Below, piece by piece: positions 55,224 through 64,000 of a stretch of 64,000 nt of DNA; position 1 is the stretch's first letter, and every line of letters starts with the position of its first letter. The stretch comes from Octopus sinensis (Eukaryota). The stretch lies in the NCBI RefSeq assembly GCF_006345805.1, contig NC_043004.1, positions 64,790,001 to 64,854,000 of the forward strand, written 5' to 3'. The notes under the pieces were generated by a model that worked only from the letters and a program-made list of their open reading frames with translations, did no database searches and was not told where the DNA came from. The position numbers and the translations under genes are program-made.

Positions 55224-55423
55224 GTTGAATTTTCTGCTGCTTAAAATAAAGTATATATATATATAGATAGATATGTGTACGCTTGTGTGTTTATGTATAT
55301 GTAGGTATGTAGTTATATGTGTATGTATGTATATTTATATATACATATGTGTAAATAGGTATATATGGGTATGTTTATATGTAGGTATCCGTTTGAATAA
55401 TGGGTAACTGCACGTATATATTA

Positions 55424-55461
<38 letters not shown>

Positions 55462-56673
55462 TGAGTATGCATGTATGTATATATGTATATGCCAGTATGC
55501 ATGTATGTATTTATGAACATAAGGAGGCGCGTGTGTGTGCGGATGTGTATGCATGTGTTAGACATATGTATACATTTATGCATGTATGTACTTAGGTGTA
55601 TATATAGATGCATGCGTGTGTGTGTGTGTGTGTATGTGTACGCATGTATGTATGTATGTGTGTGTTATATATATATATATATATATTTTCATAAAGCTTC
55701 CCGTGATATATATATATATATGTGTATATATATATATATATGTGTATGTGTGCATGTGTATATATGTATGAGTGTATATGTGTATGTATATGTATATGAA
55801 TGTATATGTGTATATATATATGTATATATATGTGTATATGTGTATGTATATGTATGTATGTGTATGTATGTGTATATGTATATGTGTATATATATTAATT
55901 AGTGTATATGTATGGACTAGTCTTCTGTGGGTGTGTTGAGGTATGTATGTGTATGCATGTATGTGAATATACGTGAATGTATGTAGATGTAGGCGTGTAT
56001 GAATATAACTTGTGCGTGACTGTACGTGTGAATGTGTGGGCGTGAGTAAGTGCTTGTGTAAGTTGATAGAAAAACAGTATCTTTAGATATCCCTTGGGAC
56101 AAGTTTGACTGGTCAAGATAAAAATAAAGATATAAACTAAAGTAGTTAATAAAATTAAAATAAGAGAATAAAAATGTGTGTGTATGTGCGTGCATGTATA
56201 TGCATTTGTATATATATGTGCGAGTGGGTATACATATGTGTATGTATGTGTATGTGTTTGTGTATCTGTGTGTATGTACATGAGTATGTGTAGATATATG
56301 TATATATATATATATGTATGTGTACGTATGTATGTATATATATATATGTATGTATATGTGGGTATGTATGTATATGTATAGATATATGTGAATAGGCGGG
56401 TGTGTATATGTGTATGTATATATATATATATATGTAGATGCACAAGTGAGAGTCTCCCCACTTACCTAAAACTTTTCTATTTATATTTTTTAATTTTTTT
56501 ATTTTTATTTTTATTTTTATTTTTATTTTTATTTTTTATTCTTTTATCTACTTTACCGCCGATTCCTTTGACCACTCCCCTAATAATGACAGTTTTGCGC
56601 CATGCCTACCCCCAAAAAAGTCCCCCACCACCACCCATTTAAACCTGCCTAAATGTATAAATACCATGTATAA

Positions 56674-56870
56674 ATGTCAGGTGTCCCAGATGAACCAACT
56701 TCACGGCAGGAGGGGCAGATGAGGGCAGCTGCATCGAACTCTCTCATGCACCAAATAGCAGTTGCTAGAAAGCCTCCATGAAGTGAAACCAAGTAGCAAC
56801 ACCAAATGGCGGTGCCCCAGCATGGCCACAGCTCATAAGCTGAAACTAGAATCAATCAATCAATCAATCA
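56674..56870 (+). mobile_element. CR1-type LINE extreme 3' end with (AATC)n tail
   Basis: GVPDEPTSRQEGQMRAAASNSL matches the minus fragment at 61575-61892; tail ggcggtgccccagcatggccacagctcataagctgaaac. Confidence 0.8.
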
Positions 56871-56984
56871 TATGTATATATATATTTGTGTATGGGTGTA
56901 AGTACATATGTGTATGTATATATGTGTATATATGTATATGTATGTATGTATATATATATGGACTTGTAGATTTTTGTATGGGTG

Positions 56985-57016
<32 letters not shown>

Positions 57017-58263
57017 TATATGGACTTGTAGATTTTTGTATGGGTGTATGTGTATATGTGTATATATATGTATGTGTGTATATATATGTATGTATATATA
57101 TGGACTCGTAGATTTTTGTATGGGTTTGTGTATGTGTGTAGATATGTATATGTATGTACGTGTACGTATATGTATGTGCATGCATGTATGTATATGTGTG
57201 TATGTATGTATATGTATGTATGCATTTATGTATACAGGTATGCATGCATGTGTGCATATATGTATTTATATGTGTATGGATGCATATGTATGTTAATATG
57301 CACATATGGTTTTATATGTGCATATGCGTTTATATAAGCGGGCAGATATTTATGTGTGTTTATGTGTACAGAAGTACGTTTATATATGTGTGTTTATGTA
57401 TGCATAATTATGTATATGTTTATGTGAACGTGGGTACATTTATGTTTGTATGCATGTGTGTATTTGTGTATGTATATGTATATATATATATGTGCATGTA
57501 GAGAGAGATATATGCATATGTATAAGTGGATGAGGAGGAAATGAGTGAGAGAACATGTGTGTATGTGTATGTGTATGAGTGTGAGTGTGTGTGAGTGTGT
57601 GCGTTTGTATCCGTGGGTAACGAGATAGAAAGGAAGGGAGAGGGGAGTAGTAGGAGGATCCCCTTTGGCCGGCTGGAACCCCAAGGGGAGTTCTAGGAAC
57701 TTTTGGCGTTTGTCTATTCTAGAGTCACAGAATGTGTGACGGTGTGTAGGCAGGTCATAAATTAAACCCTTATGATTTTGAAGCCGGTCAGCTAAGAACT
57801 TCGTCTACTTTGTATGACTGTACTGTGGAGGTGTGTGTGTGTGCGTCTCTGTGTGTACGTGTGTGTGAGGGTGTGTGTGTGTGTCTCTATGTGTTTGGAG
57901 TAGGGGGAGAGACAAATAGAGAAAAGGAAATAAAAATAAAAATAAAATAAGGGAGGAAGATGAGGAGAAAAAATATATATATGTGTGTGTGTATATGTGG
58001 GTATATATATGTGTATATATATATATGTGTGTTTGCGCATTTGCATGTATGTGTATGTGTATTTGTATGTATGTGTATATATATATGTATGTATATATGT
58101 ATATATATATATGTATATATATGTGCTTGTGTATTTATGTGTATGTATGTATGTGTGTGTCTGTATGTATATACATGGGCATATGTATATGTATATGTGT
58201 GTATATATATATATGTATATGTATATATATGTGTATATGTGTGTATGTGTGTATATGTGTATA

Positions 58264-58313
<50 letters not shown>

Positions 58314-58354
58314 TGTGTATATATGTATATATATGTGTGTATATATATTTATAT

Positions 58355-58774
58355 GGATATTCGCATGTGTATGTATGTGCGTTTGCATGTATATTTACTT
58401 TATATGTTTTTTCATTTATCTACTTCTTCCCTCAACTTAATAACAACAACAACAAACTGACTAAAAGCAATAGTCTTCTAATTTACCTAAAACTCTATTC
58501 AATTATTCTATTTATTCATTTATTTACTTTATCACTGATTCTTTTGACCACTCCCCTAAGAACGACAGTTTGTGCCCTGCATACCCCAAAAACGTCCCCC
58601 ACCACCACCCCATTAAATCTGCCTAAATGTATACATACCAGACCTTATTTTGACAGCCAGCTTCCTGATGATTTCATTTTATAGAAGCACCTTCTATAAA
58701 ATAAATTAATTTACTCTGCTATGTATTGAGTACCTTATTTACTGTGGTTAACCCCGACTCAACCCGGGACTTAC

Positions 58775-58775
<1 letters not shown>
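58355..58775 (+). repeat. Penelope A terminal segment, inverted relative to 45375-45742
   Basis: About 350-bp near-identical reverse complement of 45375-45742; hammerhead region internally deleted; diverged third partial copy at 56455-56670. Confidence 0.85.
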
Positions 58776-58846
<71 letters not shown>

Positions 58847-58854
58847 GTAAATAT

Positions 58855-58922
<68 letters not shown>

Positions 58923-58925
<3 letters not shown>

Positions 58926-59701
58926 GCAGACGATACGAAAGTCTCGCAGAAAATACAGAACCCCAGCGATGTTGGACACCTGCAGCAGGAGTTGAACTCA
59001 ATCTACAGATGGGCTGAGGATAATAATATGCAGTTTAATGCTGAAAAATTCCAGGCCCTGCGCTACCAGCATCCAAAACTGAATATTAAACTTACAGGAT
59101 ACACCAGTCCACAGGGAATTTCAATCCCAGAGCCTAAGTCTGTGAGGGACCTGGGTATCGACATGAGTGATGATACCTCTTTCCAAGTGCACATTACCAG
59201 GATGGCGACAAAGTGCAGACGACTGGCTGGGTGGATCCTAAGAACATTGAGAACCAGAGATAAGGAAACCATGATGGTCCTATGGCGGACATTCGTCCTC
59301 AGTCGCCTGGATTACTGCTCAGAGCTATAGTCACCAACCAATGTAAAATTTACAGTGGACCTTGAAGCAATCCAGAGAAGATTCACAAAGAAGATCGTCT
59401 CTTTGCAACAGCTCAGCTACTGGGAAAGGTTGAAACAGCTAAGACTCTACTCCTTGGAGAGAATACGGGAGAGGTATGCAGTAATACATGTCTGGAAGAT
59501 CCTTGAAGGAATTGTGCCAAATATTGGCATTGTAAGCTACACCAATGCTAGAACGGGACGACACTGCATAGTGCCAAAGATCCCAGCAATGCCATCACGC
59601 TTCAGGACCAGCTTCTGCAACAGCCTGGGTTTCAAGGGCCCACAGCCTTTTAATATTCTCCCAAAGAGTCTGGGGAACTTGCACAAAGTAGATGTAGCGG
59701 T
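58923..59701 (+). pseudogene. CR1-clade LINE RT C-terminal fragment
   Basis: Begins YADDTK, then FNAEKFQAL, RDLGI, LSRLDYCSEL* (in-frame TAG at 59328-59330), LEAIQRRFTK, LSYWERLKQLRLYSLE. Confidence 0.9.
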
Positions 59702-60350
59702 TATACATATATTATATATATACATATACATGTATATATACATATATATGTATATATACATGTATATGTATATATATAAAGACATGACAAACTAAAATTA
59801 TATAACTAGAAGTTGTTGGAATAAGTTTACTTTAGTAAATAATGAACAGAAATGTGGAATAAAAGTAGGAAAAAGAAATGTTAGTAAAAAGAAACGTTGC
59901 CTTATCTGTATTGTAATTTTCTTTCCATGAATTAAACATAGCTACCAGCAATCATATAATCCAACACTGAGTTCATATGATCTATACCTGAAGATTGGCA
60001 GTATAATCGTTTTAGTATGTAATTGTATTTCGAGACCTATTTCAGAAACATTGAGGAATATGTTGTCATGAAATGCACGTAGTCTATATGATATAAAGTA
60101 TTTGATTTGGAATAAGAATTGAAGGTATTAAGTTTGGTAATTTTTATATTTAGTCCTATATGTACCTATCATGGATAATGTTGTTCAATGATGATTGAGT
60201 TGCTTGAGGGTGATTCTATATTATGTATAAATGCAGCTGAGTAATTCATTTAGTACCACTAATTGAACTTCTCTCCCCTGTAGACTTGGAAATAACTTCC
60301 CTAATATTAATATTAAATATTATATATATATATATACATATATATATATA

Positions 60351-60420
<70 letters not shown>

Positions 60421-60470
60421 GTATAATATATATGTATATATATATATATATATGTATGAATATATTATGT

Positions 60471-60507
<37 letters not shown>

Positions 60508-60538
60508 CACATATATATTATATATATATATATATATA

Positions 60539-60588
<50 letters not shown>

Positions 60589-60591
60589 TAT

Positions 60592-60641
<50 letters not shown>

Positions 60642-60642
60642 C

Positions 60643-60677
<35 letters not shown>

Positions 60678-60678
60678 C

Positions 60679-60749
<71 letters not shown>

Positions 60750-61401
60750 TATATATATATATGTATATATATATATATAATATTTAATATTAATATTAGG
60801 GAAGTTATTTCCAAGTCTACAGGGGAGAGAAGTTCAATTTAGTGGTACTAAAATGAATTACTCACTGCATTATATACATATATATAGAATCACCCTCAAG
60901 CAACTCAATCATCATTGAACAACATTATCCATGATAGGTACATATAGGACTAAATATAAAAATTACCAAACTTAATACCTTCAATTCTTATTCCAAATCA
61001 AATACTTTATATCATATAGACTACGTGCATTTCATGACAACATATTCCTCAATGTTTCTGAAATAGGTCTCGAAATACAATTACATACTAAAACGATTAT
61101 ACTGCCAATCTTCAGGTATAGATCATATGAACTCAGTGTTGGATTATATGATTGCTGGTAGCTATGTTTAATTCATGGAAAGAAAATTACAATACAGATA
61201 AGGCAACGTTTCTTTTTACTAACATTTCTTTTTCCTACTTTTATTCCACATTTCTGTTCATTATTTACTAAAGTAAACTTATTCCAACAACTTCTAGTTA
61301 TATAATTTTAGTTTGTCATGTCTTTATATATATACATATACATGTATATATACATATATATGTATATATACATGTATATGTATATATATAATATATGTAT
61401 A
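59702..61401. repeat. About 1.7-kb palindrome centred on a (TA)n array
   Basis: About 600 bp of unique sequence (59778-60320) is mirrored at 60780-61325; differences are mostly small indels near the centre. Confidence 0.9.
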
Positions 61402-61574
61402 TGTATGTACATACATATACATATATATGTATATATACATGTATATGTATATATATGTATATAAACATATATATGTATATATATATGTATATATACACAT
61501 ATATGTATACATATATATATATGTATACATATATATATATGTATGTATAAATCCTTAAATCCTTAAAAATGTAA

Positions 61575-61892
61575 AAGCCTGAAGGCTGCGGCCATGCAGG
61601 GGCACCACCACTGAATGAGCTACACTAATTTGTGAATCCACCTCTGATACGTGGCACTTGATCAACAAGGGAGTTCGATGCTGCTGCCCGCATCTGCATC
61701 TCCTGTCGTGAGGTAGGTTCATCTGGGACTCCCAACAAGAAGAGATCCAGTTTAGTTTTAAAGAAACCCACATCCACACCATGTAAGTCTCTCAGGCATT
61801 TAGGGAGGATGTTAAAGAGCTGTGGTCCTCTGAAACCCAAGCTGTTGCAGTATCTGGACCTGTATTTTGATGGTGATGTTGGAATCTTTTTT
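61575..61892 (-). pseudogene. CR1-type LINE 3' fragment
   Basis: KIPTSPSKYRSRYCNSLGFRGPQLFNILPKCLRDLH..., homologous to 59570-59700; tail ggtgcccctgcatggccgcagcc. Confidence 0.85.
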
Positions 61893-63413
61893 GAGATTGA
61901 CTTTCCAACAAACTTTAAATGCAAACCTAGCCTCTTCTATGGTCTGCCAAAAATTCATAAAAGCCAAATTATAAATGAAACCATTAAAAAATCACCAAAG
62001 ACATACATACACACACCTAACCCGGGGGACCTAAAACTACGACCCATTGTAGCTGGCCCAACCTGTGAAACACACAGACTAAGTCTATTTATGGACATCC
62101 TCCTGAAACCCTTCCTTAAACATATCGATAGCCATATCAGAGATGACTTAGATATGTTAAACCACCTTCCAAAAAAAGCCAACGAAGAAACAATCATGGT
62201 TTCATTTGATGTAGTTAACTTATATACCAGTATACCTCATAATTATGGACTAGAGGCAATACAGTTCTGGCTGGACCAATTTCCGGAAGAAATACCAAAA
62301 AGGATCAGTAAAGAATTCATTACTAAATCAATTGAATTCATCCTACATAATAACCACTTCATGTTTGACAATACATTTTACCGTCAAAAATCCGAAATTG
62401 CTATGGGAACAAGGGCAGCACCAGTCATTGCGAACCTAACAATGGGCTACATGGAAATAATCATTTACCAGGAATCTTTATCAATCTTTGGAAACCCCCT
62501 CTCTCAATACATAAAAGAGAATTGGAAACGATTCCTGGACGATTGTTTTATACTCTGGAATGAAAACACAGATAAACTCCTAAAATTCAAAAACCTGTTG
62601 AACAGCATAAACCCAAATATACAGTTCACAATGGAATACAACAAAAAGGAGCTCCCATTCTTGGATATACTAATTAAAAAAATTAACCTTAAAATAGAAA
62701 CAGACATTTTTTACAAAGCCACAGACGCCAAACAATACCTTCTTTTTGATTCATGCCACCCAAGACACACTAAAGCAAACATCCCCTTCAACCTTGCAAG
62801 AAGGATATGCACAATAGTGTCAGAACAAAATACCAGGAACTTTAGACTGCAAGAACTCAAAAACACCCTAATTTAAATCATTAAAAGCTACAAACAACCT
62901 AAATCACTTAAAAAGATTCTCACAAAGGCAAAATTGTTTTCTGAAATTACGAATGCAAAAGTAAAAAAATGTGGTAGACCGAACTGTGCAACATGTCCAA
63001 ACCTGCTAGAAGGATCAGAATTCCTCTTCAAAGAGGGACAGAAATTCAAGATCAAATCTAATTTTACTTGTGCCTCTGAAAACATAATTTATGTCATAAA
63101 ATGCTCGGGCTGCCACCAAAACTACGTGGGGTCCACGGGACTATCACTCAGACGTAGATGCACACTGCATCGACAACAGATTGCATTCCCAGAATACAGA
63201 ATGATACCCTTTAGCGAGCACATTGAGAAATGCGCAAAGCAACTACTACCACAATTTTTAATCTTTCCATTTCACCAATGTGCTATCGGAACACCAACAC
63301 AAATTAGACTAAACAAGGAAACATTCTTCATTGAAAAATACAAGCCCAAACTTAACCATTCCAACATTCTTATACAGAGAAACTCACTCCAAAAAAAAGG
63401 CAAGAAATATTAA
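61893..63413 (+). pseudogene. Penelope-like element C (Neptune-type features): RT plus GIY-YIG with one in-frame stop and an apparent internal deletion
   Basis: FYGLPKIHK, LRPIVAG, FDVVNLYTSIP, AMGTRAAP, RFLDDCF, PFLDI; TAA at 62874-62876; same frame continues KSYKQPKSL, CGRPNCATC Zn-linker, NIIYVIKC...YVGST. Confidence 0.88.
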
Positions 63414-63505
63414 GCAATTATCTCCCTTACACCGGAAGAAATCACTTATTAGCTCCCCTTATCTGGAACTCTCCTTCACACTTCTCAACGTAAACATAAC
63501 GATGT

Positions 63506-63545
63506 AAGAAATTTGAAAAGCTGAACGCGAAACCGGTCATTTCTT
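63506..63545 (+). ncRNA. Decayed minimal hammerhead in the Penelope C 3' terminus
   Basis: Stem I AAGAAAU/AUUUCUU (7 bp); core TTGAAAA in place of CUGANGA; GC-UGAAC-GC; GAAA; palindromic ACCGGU; GUC. Confidence 0.45.
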
Positions 63546-63699
63546 CAAAAACTATGTCATTGTATGAAAAAAATTTGACATTCTCCAGACATAATGACTC
63601 AAATATATATTTTTTAACCTTTTAAAACAAGCCTTCTGTAGTTTTTTCACTTTTTACTATTTTATATATATATATATATATATATACATACATACATAT

Positions 63700-63830
63700 A
63701 GACGGGCTTCTTTCAGTTTCTGTCAGCCCAAGGCTATAGTAGAAGACACTTGCCCAATGTGCCACACAGGGGACTGAACCCGGAACCATGTGGTTCATAA
63801 GCAAGCTACTTACCACACAGCCACTCCTAT
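63700..63830 (-). mobile_element. SINE family 1 head half
   Basis: gacgggcttctttcagtttc...agaagacacttgccc...accacacagccactcct. Confidence 0.8.
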
Positions 63831-64000
63831 GTCTATGTTGTGGAGTTGTGGAGCTTTGCAAGTTGTACTTGGAAAGATGAGTAGAAAATTAACACTTTCC
63901 AACAAAAATTGTTTGGGTGGTGAGACTACATTTAAATTAAAAAGCTCAATTAATCACCACCTGAGGATCTGCATATTATGGAGCAACATCATGTTAATTT

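Larger units (their letters stand above)
50766..55256. mobile_element. Penelope-like element B with about 1.64-kb inverted repeats (50771-52406 / 53612-55251) around the RT
   Basis: Arms are reverse complements with a few indels; the spacer encodes RT on the minus strand; each arm carries GIY-YIG, 3' UTR and a hammerhead motif. Confidence 0.92.

Noticed and set aside
59985-60030. CTGAAGA in the palindrome arm as a hammerhead
   Set aside because: No GAAA after the putative stem II; similar isolated CTGATGA at about 27810, 32830 and 35797 also lack the architecture.
12854-61530. Dozens of long YI/CV/HT-rich ORFs
   Set aside because: Translations of (TA)n/(TG)n/(CA)n microsatellites, which lack stop codons in some frames.
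61809-61892. N-terminus of the 355-aa RT ORF
   Set aside because: Antisense CR1 sequence fused in frame by chance.

Overview
AT-rich, microsatellite-dense animal DNA, not prokaryotic. The SINE families and (TA)/(TG)/(CA) density resemble an Octopus/coleoid cephalopod genome (inference from recalled repeats, not a search). One host gene is recognisable on the + strand: the 3' part of a CELF3-6 (CELF4/bru-3/unc-75-like) RNA-binding protein gene. It has three phase-1/phase-1 exons (1552-1614, 2662-2739, 5651-5794; the last is the first half of RRM3). The exon for the second half of RRM3 was not found and may lie in the N-gap at 20066-20165. A strong acceptor at 28148 precedes about 10 kb free of recognisable SINEs, a candidate very long 3' UTR. 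The rest is transposon-derived: tRNA-headed CORE-like SINEs, CR1/L2, RTE and R4/Dong fragments, TA- and TTAA-flanked MITEs, and at least three Penelope-like (RT + GIY-YIG) families. The most striking signal is a cluster of about ten type-I hammerhead-ribozyme motifs (CUGANGA...GAAA...NUH), intact to decayed. They sit in Penelope termini and in small palindromic non-autonomous elements, one with a 15-bp TSD, and one core-intact copy is sense-oriented in the presumed CELF intron. Large inverted repeats are frequent (160 bp to 1.6 kb arms); some may be assembly fold-back artefacts. Most ORFs in the supplied track are microsatellite artefacts.
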